From NCBI GenBank assembly GCA_964016885.1, contig OZ024740.1, positions 431,706,001-431,770,000 of the forward strand: 64,000 bases of DNA, in the 5' to 3' direction. Positions 15,001 through 26,100 of the stretch are shown one piece after another. The translations under genes were made by a program, and so were the position numbers. This stretch comes from Eledone cirrhosa (taxonomy: Eukaryota). Each line of letters opens with the position of its first letter. Position 1 is the first letter of the stretch. A model generated the notes under the pieces. That model searched no databases and was not told the origin of the DNA. It was given only the letters and a program-made list of their open reading frames with translations.

Positions 15001-15088
15001 CAATGACCATGGTCAGTTACATCTATCAATACATCCCATGTCTTGAGTCACGAGGCAGCCAAAGTGTTCCAATGACCATGGTCAGTTA
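1..15088. repeat. 71-bp tandem satellite array, left segment (~213 monomers; continues beyond window start)
   Basis: The unit GGTCAGTTACATCTATCAATACATCCCATGTCTTGAGACACATGAGGCAGCCAAAGTGTTCCAATGACCAT recurs every 71 bp from position 1. Occasional 69-bp deletion monomers occur, and divergence from consensus is only a few substitutions per unit. Confidence 0.99.
15085..15088. repeat. Target-site duplication GTTA, left copy
   Basis: The satellite GGTCA-GTTA-CATC is split as GGTCAGTTA[element]GTTACATC. Confidence 0.9.
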
Positions 15089-15149
15089 TATAGCGATAAT
15101 ACTGGTTGTATGAATGTAACAAAACGAGACAATGTTTGTGTATATAATA

Positions 15150-15155
15150 TTTAAT
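15150..15155 (-). terminator. Candidate polyadenylation signal ATTAAA in the 3' LTR (copy at 16811-16816)
   Basis: Minus strand ATTAAA followed by CA dinucleotides and a GT/T-rich stretch (TTGTCTCGTTTTGTT), about 60 nt from the LTR end. Confidence 0.6.
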
Positions 15156-15255
15156 TAACGGTAGATAGAATACTTGACATGTCAAAGATAGATGTTAGAA
15201 TGAAACAAAGTTAGTAGTTACCGTTTTGATTGCCAGGCAAACGCGGCTGGCAGAG

Positions 15256-15279
15256 GGCGCCTGGCCTTAGCCAGGCGCC
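15256..15279. other. Perfect GC-rich hairpin in the LTR (copy at 16917-16940)
   Basis: GGCGCCTGGC-CTTA-GCCAGGCGCC: a 10-bp perfect stem with a 4-nt loop. Confidence 0.85.
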
Positions 15280-15454
15280 TGTTGGCCAAATTAATGGCAG
15301 AGCCAAATGAGAAGACTCTTGACCTGGTGCCGAAAAGGCAAAGAGAGAGAGGAAGCTTAAAGTTGTTAGTTTTATAGGGCTCTGACCGGAAGTTTGAGAA
15401 AGGGTTCCACTTCCCGTCTAGATCCCAATCAAAACAAGGGAGACAACCGCTACA

Positions 15455-15470
15455 TAACCTCCCGCCAGAA
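15455..15470 (-). other. Polypurine-tract-like plus-strand priming site
   Basis: The minus strand reads TTCTGGCGGGAGGTTA immediately before the TGT start of the 3' LTR. It is short and imperfect. Confidence 0.7.
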
Positions 15471-15867
15471 TTTTAGTGTATAAAAATCGAAATGAAAATA
15501 TGTAGCAAGTTGGCGAGAATGTTGTAACAGGCATGAAAATTACGACAAAAGAATGTCTGGAAAAATCAATGATAGATATCAAGGTAGCCAACCGCTCTTG
15601 GCCAGAGAACGACTGGACAACCATCTATCCATCACCCAAAGATACAATGTAATAAAGTAAAAGTAATAGAAGAGCTCAAAGTTCAAAATATAGTTCACAG
15701 GTGTGCAATCACATGACAGCAGGAAAGAATGTGTTCCAGAGAATGAATGCAGGTGGTTTCTGTTCTGTGGTATATCGTGAAATTTCCAACCTCCAAATGG
15801 ATTTTCTCACAGGAAGAGTGCTGCAAAAAATGAATTCTCTGGCTTTGGTGAAGCTGTATTGATGTAT

Positions 15868-15904
15868 TGCTGTTGCTGTTATATTGCTGTTGCTGCTGCT
15901 GTTG
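15868..15904. repeat. Imperfect (CTG/TTG)n microsatellite
   Basis: TTGCTGTTGCTGTTATATTGCTGTTGCTGCTGCTGTTG; it gives the poly-Q in ORF 15695..16096. Confidence 0.75.
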
Positions 15905-15968
15905 TCTCGCTGAGTGAGCGTATTCGGTGTTTAAATTCACAGTAAAAAAATTTTTTTTTAGAAAAAAA

Positions 15969-16106
15969 TGAGTTGCGCAAAGTGCTAGAAATAGCAGCCG
16001 AAGTTGATGGTCGATGTTGAGAATGCGTTGACCTGGAAGGGTCAAGAGGCCAGCGACCAGAGAAATAAGCATTCTTAATAAATGCGCGGTTATCAACGGT
16101 AAATTT
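15969..16106 (-). pseudogene. Possible decayed retrotransposon aspartic-protease fragment
   Basis: Manual minus-strand translation (a frame not in the ORF track) gives KFTVDNRAFI...TSAAISSTLRNS. This loosely resembles the Gypsy protease motifs FLVDTGA...L.AANGS.I.TYG. The catalytic motif is not intact, and the resemblance was judged by eye. Confidence 0.25.
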
Positions 16107-16405
16107 ACATTGTAAACTTATAAACCGGCAAATAGAAGAATATAGCTTAAGGCTGAAGAATCCTTGGGGGAGAAATGCTATCTCTGGCGTGCGGCTGTCT
16201 GTGAGTAAGAGACATCTCGGTGAATCGAGAATTTATGCTGCCTACACGTGCCAATACAAGGTTGAAAAAAAATATTTCTAACGCGCGAGAAAATGATAGT
16301 GCAATTTTGAAAGTGACCATGATGAAAAAGAAAGGCTTCAATCAGCATAATTATAGGTGTGAACTTTGGAAAAAAACAAAAAACTAGAACTTTTTTTTTT
16401 TTTTG

Positions 16406-16532
16406 TGTTTTGAAAGAGTTCGTTGTAAGAAACGAGAAACATATATATATATATATCGTGAAATGTTTTCTTTTGTTTTGAAAGTGTTCGTTGTAAGAAA
16501 CGAGAAACATATATATATATATTGGTGAAATG
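16406..16532. repeat. Two-copy ~60-bp direct repeat with (AT)n inside the element leader
   Basis: TGTTTTGAAAG(A/T)GTTCGTTGTAAGAAACGAGAAAC(AT)n..GTGAAATG starts at 16406 and again at 16474. Confidence 0.9.
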
Positions 16533-16730
16533 CGACAGTTAATTGATGCGTGAGAGAAAAAGTATGTCTGTGCGAATTCCACATGTGCGTGTGTGCGTGT
16601 CCTTGAGTATTTTCATAGTTTGTCGCTAAATTTGCTGTGTATTCGTAATGTTACTCACAAAACCAGATGTGCTATTTTTTTCTTTTTTTTGGGGGTGACC
16701 ACTTATAGCGATGAACGGCTGCGTGTTCGT

Positions 16731-16748
16731 ATCACGTCGGGGTCACCA
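16731..16748 (-). other. Primer-binding site complementary to the 3' 18 nt of tRNA-Trp
   Basis: The minus strand reads TGGTGACCCCGACGTGAT, which I recognise as the tRNA-Trp PBS (as in avian sarcoma/leukosis viruses). It lies 1 nt downstream of the 5' LTR. Confidence 0.93.
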
Positions 16749-17030
16749 ATATAGCGATAATACTGGTTGTATGAATGTAACAAAACGAGACAATGTTTGT
16801 GTATATAATATTTAATTAACGGTAGATAGAATACTTGACATGTCAAAGATAGATGTTAGAATGAAACAAAGTTAGTAGTTACCGTTTTGATTGCCAGGCA
16901 AACGCGGCTGGCAGAGGGCGCCTGGCCTTAGCCAGGCGCCTGTTGGCCAAATTAATGGCAGAGCCAAATGAGAAGACTCTTGACCTGGTGCCGAAAAGGC
17001 AAAGAGAGAGAGGAAGCTTAAAGTTGTTAG

Positions 17031-17037
17031 TTTTATA
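17031..17037 (-). promoter_or_regulatory. Candidate TATA box (TATAAAA) in U3 of the 5' LTR (copy at 15370-15376)
   Basis: Minus strand CCCTATAAAAC, followed about 25-30 nt downstream by a pyrimidine-rich CTCTCTCTCTTT stretch. The orientation agrees with the PBS and PPT. Confidence 0.65.
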
Positions 17038-17045
17038 GGGCTCTG

Positions 17046-17077
17046 ACCGGAAGTTTGAGAAAGGGTTCCACTTCCCG
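17046..17077. promoter_or_regulatory. ETS-type motifs upstream of the LTR TATA box
   Basis: ACCGGAAGT at 17046-17054 matches the class I ETS consensus; CGGGAAGTG lies on the minus strand at 17069-17077. Motif match only. Confidence 0.4.
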
Positions 17078-17115
17078 TCTAGATCCCAATCAAAACAAGG
17101 GAGACAACCGCTACA

Positions 17116-17119
17116 GTTA
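17116..17119. repeat. Target-site duplication GTTA, right copy
   Basis: Follows the LTR end ...CCGCTACA. The preceding CA belongs to the LTR because the other LTR copy also ends GCTACA. Confidence 0.9.
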
Positions 17120-20100
17120 CATCTATCAATACATCCCATGTCTTGAGACACATGAGACAACCAAAGTGTTCCAATGACCACGGTCAGTTACATCTATCAA
17201 TACATCCCATGTCTTGAGACACATGATGCAGCCAAAGTGTTCCAATGACCATGGTCAGTTACATCTATCAATACATCACATGTCTTGAGACACATGAGGC
17301 AGCCAAAGTGTTCCAATGACCATGGTCAGTTGTATCTATCAATACATCCCATGTCTTGAGACACGTGAGGCAGCCAAAGTATTCCAATGACCAGTCAGTT
17401 ACATCTATCAATACATCCCATGTCTTGAGATACATGAGGCAGCCAAAGTGTTCCAATGACCATGGTCAGTTACATCTATCAATACATCCCATGTCTTGAG
17501 ACACATGAGGCAGCCAAAGTGCTCCAATGACCACGGTCAGTTACATCTATCAATACATCCCATGCCTTGAGACACACGAGGCAGCCAAACTGTTCCAATG
17601 ACCACGGTCAGTTACATCTATCAATACATCCCATGTCTTGAGACATGAGGCAGCGTAAGTGCTCCAATGACCACGGTCAGTTACATCTATCAATACATCC
17701 CATGTCTCGAGACACATGAGACAACCAAAGTGTTCCAATGACCATGGTCAGTTACATCTATCAATACATCCCATGTCTTGAGACACATGAGACAACCAAA
17801 GTGTTCCAATGACCATGGTCAGTTACATCTATCAATACATCCCATGTCTTGAGACACATGAGGCAGCCAAAGTGTTCCAATGACCATGGTCAGTTACATC
17901 TATCAATACATCCCATGTCTTGAGACACATGAGACAACCAAAGTGTTCCAATGACCACGGTCAGTTACATCTATCAATACATCCCATGTCTTGAGACACA
18001 TGAGACAACCAAAGTGTTCCAATGACCACGGTCAGTTACATCTATCAATACATGCCATGTCTTGAGACACATGAGACAACCAAAGTGTTCCAATGACCAC
18101 GGTCAGTTACATCTATCAATACATCCCATGTCTTGAGACACATGATGCAGCCAAAGTGTTCCAATGGCCATGGTCAGTTACATCTATCAATACATCCCAT
18201 GTCTTGAGACACATGAGACAACCAAAGTGTTCCAATGGCCATGGTCAGTTACAACTATCAATACATCCCATGTCTTGAGACACATGATGCAGCCAAAGTG
18301 TTCCAATGGCCATGGTCAGTTACATCTATCAATACATCCCATGTCTTGAGACACATGAGACAACCAAAGTGTTCCAATGACCATGGTCAGTTACATCTAT
18401 CAATACATCCCATGTCTTGAGACACATGAGACAACCAAAGTGTTCCAATGACCATGGTCAGTTACATCTATCAATACATCCCATGTCTTGAGACACATGA
18501 GGCAGCCAAAGTGTTCCAATGACCATGGTCAGTTACATCTATCAATACATCCCATGTCTTGAGACACATGAGGCAGCCAAAGTGTTCCAATGACCATGGT
18601 CAGTTACATCTATCAATACATCCCATGTCTTGAGACACATGAGACAACCAAAGTGTTCCAATGACCACGGTCAGTTACATCTATCAATACATCCCATGTC
18701 TTGAGACACATGAGACAACCAAAGTGTTCCAATGACCATGGTAAGTTACATCTATCAATACATGCCATGTCTTGAGACACATGAGACAACCAAAGTGTTC
18801 CAATGACCATGGTCAGTTACATCTATCAATACATGCCATGTCTTGAGACACATGAGACAACCAAAGTGTTCCAATGACCATGGTCAGTTACATCTATCAA
18901 TACATGCCATGTCTTGAGACACATGAGACAACCAAAGTGTTCCAATGACCACGGTCAGTTACATCTATCAATACATCCCATGTCTTGAGACACATGATGC
19001 AGCCAAAGTGTTCCAATGACCATGGTCAGTTACTTCTATCAATACATCCCATGTCTTGAGACACATGAGGCAGCCAAAGTGTTCCAATGACCATGGTCAG
19101 TTGTATCTATCAATACATCCCATGTCTTGAGACACGTGAGGCAGCCAAAGTATTCCAATGACCAGTCAGTTACATCTATCAATACATCCCATGCCTTGAG
19201 ACACACGAGGCAGCCAAACTGTTCCAATGACCACGGTCAGTTACATCTATCAATAAGTCACATGTCTTGAGACACATGAGACAACCAAAGTGTTCCAATG
19301 ACCACGGTCAGTTGTATCTATCAATACATCCCATGTCTTGAGACGCATGATGCAGCCAAAGTGTTCCAATGACCATGGTCAGTTACATCTATCAATACAT
19401 GCCATGTCTTGAGACACATGAGGCAGCCAAAGTGTTCCAATGACCATGGTCAGTTACATCTATCAATACATCCCATGTCTTGAGACACATGAGACAACCA
19501 AAGTGTTCCAATGACCATGGTAAGTTACATCTATCAATACATGCCATGTCTTGAGACACATGAGACAACCAAAGTGTTCCAATGACCATGGTCAGTTACA
19601 TCTATCAATACATGCCATGTCTTGAGACACATGAGACAACCAAAGTGTTCCAATGACCACGGTCAGTTACATCTATCAATACATCCCATGTCTTGAGACA
19701 CATGAGGCAGCCAAAGTGTTCCAATGACCACGGTCAGTTACATCTATCAATACATCCCATGTCTTGAGACACATCAGACAACCAAAGTGTTCCAATGACC
19801 ATGGTCAGTTACATCTATCAATACATCCCATGTCTTGAGACACATCAGACAACCAAAGTGTTCCAATGACCATGGTCAGTTACATCTATCAATACATCCC
19901 ATGTCTTGAGACACATGAGACAACCAAAGTGTTCCAATGACCATGGTCAGTTACATCTATCAATACATCCCATGTCTTGAGACACATCAGACAACCAAAG
20001 TGTTCCAATGACCACGGTCAGTTACATCTATCAATACATCCCATGTCTTGAGACACATCAGACAACCAAAGTGTTCCAATGACCATGGTCAGTTACATCT

Positions 20101-23100
20101 ATCAATACATCCCATGTCTTGAGACACATGAGACAACCAAAGTGTTCCAATGACCACGGTCAGTTACATCTATCAATACATCCCATGTCTTGAGACACAT
20201 GAGGCAGCCAAAGTGTTCCAATGACCACAGTCAGTTACATCTATTAATACATCCCATGTCTTGAGACACATGAGACAACCAAAGTGCTCCAATGACCACG
20301 GTCAGTTACATCTGTCAATACATCCCATCCCTTGAGACACATGAGGCAGCCAAAGTGTTCCAATGACCACGGTCAGTTACATCTATCAATACATCCCATG
20401 TCTTGAGACACATGAGGCAGCCAAAGTGTTCCAATGACCACGGTCAGTTACATCTATCAATACATCCCATGTCTTGAGACACATGAGGCAACCAAAGTGT
20501 TCCAATGATCATGGTCAGTTGTATCTATCAATACATCCCATGTCTTGAGACACATGAGGCAGCCAAAGTGTTCCAATGACCATGGTCAGTTACATCTATC
20601 AATACATCCCATGTCTTGAGACACATGGGGCAGTGAAAGTCTTCAAATGACCACGGTCAGTTACATCTATCAATACATCCCATGTCTTGAGACACATGAG
20701 GCAGCCAAAGTGTTCAAATGACCACGGTCAGTTACATCTATCAATACATCCCATGTCTTGAGACACATGAGGCAGCCAAAGTGTTCCAATGACCACGGTC
20801 AGTTACATCTATCAATACATCCCATGCCTTGAGATACATGAGACAACCAAAGTGTTCCAATGACCACGGTCAGTTGTATCTATCAATACATCCCATGTCT
20901 TGAGACGCATGATTCAGCCAAAGTGTTCCAATGACCATGGTCAGTTACATCTATCAATACATCCCATGTCTTGAGACGCATGATGCAGCCAAAGTGTTCC
21001 AATGACCATGGTCAGTTACATCTATCAATACATCCCATGCCTTGAGACACACGAGGCAGCCAAACTGTTCCAATGACCACGGTCAGTTACATCTATCAAT
21101 AAGTCCCATGTCTTGAGACACATGAGACAACCAAAGTGTTCCAATGACCACGGTCAGTTGTATCTATCAATACATCCCATGCCTTGAGACACATGAGGCA
21201 GCCAAAGTGTTCCAATGACCACGGTCAGTTACATCTATCAATACATCCCATGTCTTGAGACATGAGGCAGCGTAAGTGCTCCAATGACCACGGTCAGTTA
21301 CATCTATCAATACATCCCATGTCTCGAGACATGAGGCAGCCAAAGTGTTCCAATGACCATGGTCAGTTACATCTATCAATACATCCCATGTCTTGAGACA
21401 TGAGGCAGCGTAAGTGCTCCAATGACCACGGTCAGTTACATCTATCAATACATCCCATGTCTCGAGACATGAGGCAGCCAAAGTGTTCCAATGACCATGG
21501 TCAGTTACATCTATCAATACATCCCATGTCTTGAGACACATGAGACAACCAAAGTGTTCCAATGACCACGGTCAGTTACATCTATCAATACATCCCATGT
21601 CTTGAGACACATGAGACAACCAAAGTGTTCCAATGACCATGGTCAGTTACATCTATCAATACATCCCATGTCTTGAGACACATGAGGCAGCCAAAGTGTT
21701 CCAATGACCATGGTCAGTTACATCTATCAATACATGCCATGTCTTGAGACACATGAGACAACCAAAGTGTTCCAATGACCATGGTCAGTTACATCTATCA
21801 ATACATCCCATGTCTTGAGACACATGAGGCAGCCAAAGTGTTCCAATGACCATGGTCAGTTACATCTATCAATACATCCCATGTCTTGAGACACATGAGA
21901 CAACCAAAGTGTTCCAATGACCACGGTCAGTTACATCTATCAATACATCCCATGTCTTGAGACACATGAGGCAGCCAAAGTGTTCCAATGACCATGGTCA
22001 GTTACATCTATCAATACATCCCATGTCTTGAGACACATGATGCAGCCAAAGTGTTCCAATGGCCATGGTCAGTTACATCTATCAATACATCCCATGTCTT
22101 GAGACACATGAGACAACCAAAGTGTTCCAATGACCATGGTCAGTTACATCTATCAATACATCCCATGTCTTGAGACACATGAGACAACCAAAGTGTTCCA
22201 ATGACCATGGTCAGTTACATCTATCAATAAATCCCATGTCTTGAGACACATGAGACAACCAAAGTGTTCCAATGACCATGGTCAGTTACATCTATCAATA
22301 CATCCCATGTCTTGAGACACATGAGACAACCAAAGTGTTCCAATGACCATGGTCAGTTACATCTATCAATACATCCCATGTCTTGAGACACATGAGACAA
22401 CCAAAGTGTTCCAATGACCATGGTCAGTTACATCTATCAATACATCCCATGTCTTGAGACACATGAGACAACCAAAGTGTTCCAATGACCATGGTCAGTT
22501 ACATCTATCAATACATCCCATGTCTTGAGACACATGAGGCAGCCAAAGTGTTCCAATGACCATGGTCAGTTACATCTATCAATACATCCCATGTCTTGAG
22601 ACACATGAGACAACCAAAGTGTTCCAATGACCACGGTCAGTTACATCTATCAATACATCCTATGTCTTGAGACACATGAGGCAGCCAAAGTGTTCCAATG
22701 ACCATGGTCAGTTACATCTATCTATACATCCCATGTCTTGAGACACATGAGGCAGCCAAAGTGTTCCAATGACCACGGTCAGTTACATCTATCAATACAT
22801 CCCATGTCTTGAGACACAAGAGGCAGCCAAAGTGTTCCAATCACCATGGTCAGTTCGATCTATCAATACATCCCATGTCTTGAGACACATGACGCAGCCA
22901 AAGTGTTCCAATGACCACGGTCAGTTACATCTATCAATACATCCCATGTCTTGTGACACATGAGACAACCAAAGTGTTCCAATGACCATGGTCAGTTACA
23001 TCTATCAATACATCCCATGCCTTGAGACACACGAGGCAGCCAAACTGTTCCAATGACCACGGTCAGTTACATCTATCAATAAGTCCCATGTCTTGAGACA

Positions 23101-26100
23101 CATGAGACAACCAAAGTGTTCCAATGACCACGGTCAGTTGTATCTATCAATACATCCCATGTCTTGAGACGCATGATGCAACCAAAGTGTTCCAATGACC
23201 ATGGTCAGTTACATCTATCAATACATCCCATGTCTTGAGACGCATGATGCAGCCAAAGTGTTCCAATGACCATGGTCAGTTACATCTATCAATACATCCC
23301 ATGCCTTGAGACACACGAGGCAGCCAAACTGTTCCAATGACCACGGTCAGTTACATCTATCAATAAGTCCCATGTCTTGAGACACATGAGACAACCAAAG
23401 TGTTCCAATGACCACGGTCAGTTGTATCTATCAATACATCCCATGTCTTGAGACGCATGATGCAGCCAAAGTGTTCCAATGACCATGGTCAGTTACATCT
23501 ATCAATACATCCCATGTCTTGAGACGCATGATGCAGCCAAAGTGTTCCAATGACCATGGTCAGTTACATCTATCAATACATCCCATGCCTTGAGACACAC
23601 GAGGCAGCCAAACTGTTCCAATGACCACGGTCAGTTACATCTATCAATAAGTCCCATGTCTTGAGACACATGAGACAACCAAAGTGTTCCAATGACCACG
23701 GTCAGTTGTATCTATCAATACATCCCATGTCTTGAGACGCATGATGCAGCCAAAGTGTTCCAATGACCATGGTCAGTTACATCTATCAATACATCCCATG
23801 TCTTGAGACATGAGGCAGCGTAAGTGCTCCAATGACCACGGTCAGTTACATCTATCAATACATCCCATGTCTTGAGACGCATGATGCAGCCAAAGTGTTC
23901 CAATGACCATGGTCAGTTACATCTATCAATACATCCCATGTCTCGAGACATGAGGCAGCCAAAGTGTTCCAATGACCATGGTCAGTTACATCTATCAATA
24001 CATCCCATGTCTTGAGACACATGAGACAACCAAAGTCTTCCAATGACCACGGTCAGTTACATCTATCAATACATCCCATGTCTTGAGACACATGAGACAA
24101 CCAAAGTGTTCCAATGACCATGGTCAGTTACATCTATCAATACATCCCATGTCTTGAGACACATGAGGCAGCCAAAGTGTTCCAATGACCATGGTCAGTT
24201 ACATCTATCAATACATCCCATGTCTTGAGACACATGAGACAACCAAAGTGTTCCAATGACCACGGTCAGTTACATCTATCAATACATCCCATGTCTTGAG
24301 ACACATGAGACAACCAAAGTGTTCCAATGACCACGGTCAGTTACATCTATCAATACATGCCATGTCTTGAGACACATGAGACAACCAAAGTGTTCCAATG
24401 ACCACGGTCAGTTACATCTATCAATACATCCCATGTCTTGAGACACATGATGCAGCCAAAGTGTTCCAATGGCCATGGTCAGTTACATCTATCAATACAT
24501 CCCATGTCTTGAGACACATGAGACAACCAAAGTGTTCCAATGGCCATGGTCAGTTACATCTATCAATACATCCCATGTCTTGAGACACATGATGCAGCCA
24601 AAGTGTTCCAATGGCCATGGTCAGTTACATCTATCAATACATCCCATGTCTTGAGACACATGAGACAACCAAAGTGTTCCAATGACCATGGTCAGTTACA
24701 TCTATCAATACATCCCATGTCTTGAGACACATGAGACAACCAAAGTGTTCCAATGACCATGGTCAGTTACATCTATCAATACATCCCATGTCTTGAGACA
24801 CATGAGGCAGCCAAAGTGTTCCAATGACCATGGTCAGTTACATCTATCAATACATCCCATGTCTTGAGACACATGAGACAACCAAAGTGTTCCAATGACC
24901 ACGGTCAGTTACATCTATCAATACATCCCATGTCTTGAGACACATGAGGCAGCCAAAGTGTTCCAATGACCATGGTCAGTTACATCTATCAATACATCCC
25001 ATGACTTGAGACACATGAGACAACCAAAGTGTTCCAATGACCACGGTCAGTTACATCTATCAATACATCCCATGTCTTGAGACACATGAGGCAGCCAAAG
25101 TGTTCCAATGACCATGGTCAGTTACATCTATCAATACATACAATGTCTTGAGACACATGAGACAACCAAAGTGTTCCAATGACCACGGTCAGTTACATCT
25201 ATCAATACATCCCATGTCTTGAGACACATGAGACAACCAAAGTGTTCCAATGACCATGGTAAGTTACATCTATCAATACATGCCATGTCTTGAGACACAT
25301 GAGACAACCAAAGTGTTCCAATGACCATGGTCAGTTACATCTATCAATACATGCCATGTCTTGAGACACATGAGACAACCAAAGTGTTCCAATGACCATG
25401 GTCAGTTACATCTATCAATACATGCCATGTCTTGAGACACATGAGACAACCAAAGTGTTCCAATGACCACGGTCAGTTACATCTATCAATACATCCCATG
25501 TCTTGAGACACATGATGCAGCCAAAGTGTTCCAATGACCATGGTCAGTTACATCTATCAATACATCCCATGTCTTGAGACACATGAGGCAGCCAAAGTGT
25601 TCCAATGACCATGGTCAGTTGTATCTATCAATACATCCCATGTCTTGAGACACGTGAGGCAGCCAAAGTATTCCAATGACCAGTCAGTTACATCTATCAA
25701 TACATCCCATGTATTGAGACACATGAGGCAGCCAAAGTGTTCCAATGACCATGGTCAGTTACATCTATCAATACATCCCATGTCTTGAGACACATGAGAC
25801 AACCAAAGTGTTCCAATGACCACAGTCAGTTACATCTATCAATACATGCCATGTCTTGAGACACATGAGACAACCAAACTGTTCCAATGACCACGGTCAG
25901 TTACATCTATCAATAAGTCCCATGTCTTGAGACACATGAGACAACCAAAGTGTTCCAATGACCATGGTCAGTTACATCTATCAATACATCCCATGTCTTG
26001 AGACACATGAGACAACCAAAGTGTTCCAATGACCATGGTCAGTTACATCTATCAATACATCCCATGTCTTGAGACACATGAGACAACCAAAGTGTTCCAA

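Larger units (their letters stand above)
15089..15454 (-). repeat. 3' LTR (366 bp)
   Basis: Direct repeat of 16750-17115 (offset 1661), preceded on the minus strand by a PPT-like tract. Confidence 0.95.
15089..17115 (-). mobile_element. Non-autonomous LTR retrotransposon (TRIM/LARD-like, 2027 bp), probably Ty3/Gypsy-derived
   Basis: 366-bp direct terminal repeats, 4-bp TSD GTTA, a tRNA-Trp PBS beside the right LTR and a purine-rich tract beside the left LTR (these fix the minus orientation), and a 1295-bp internal region without intact gag/pol. The Gypsy assignment is inferred from the 4-bp TSD and PBS/PPT style only. Confidence 0.93.
16750..17115 (-). repeat. 5' LTR (366 bp)
   Basis: Matches 15089-15454 with no difference seen by eye. 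The minus strand reads TGTAGCG...CGCTATA, an imperfect 7-bp terminal inverted repeat. It is followed after 1 nt by the PBS. Confidence 0.95.

Noticed and set aside
16717-16748. tRNA-Trp gene or tRNA-derived SINE
   Set aside because: Only the 3' ~32 nt is present, it includes CCA, it has no D-arm, anticodon or A box, and it sits exactly at the PBS position.
16314-17109. Short matches between element and satellite (TGACCATG ~16314, AAAGTGTTC 16481, GAGACAACC 17101) suggesting the satellite derives from the element or homology-guided insertion
   Set aside because: They are only 8-9 bp, scattered and not colinear, so they are compatible with chance. The clean TSD indicates integrase-mediated insertion.
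15089-17115. Endogenous retrovirus of the avian leukosis type (same Trp PBS)
   Set aside because: The PBS reflects the conserved host tRNA only. The 4-bp TSD and absence of retroviral genes do not support it.
15083-17119. 6-bp TSD CAGTTA
   Set aside because: The CA at 17114-17115 is also present at the end of the other LTR (15453-15454), so it belongs to the LTR. The TSD is 4 bp.
15418-17181. ORFs inside the element (68, 133, 64, 134, 66, 100 aa) as genes
   Set aside because: They are low-complexity, run through homopolymers, microsatellites or LTR/satellite junctions, and show no recognisable intact gag, RT, RNase H or integrase motifs.
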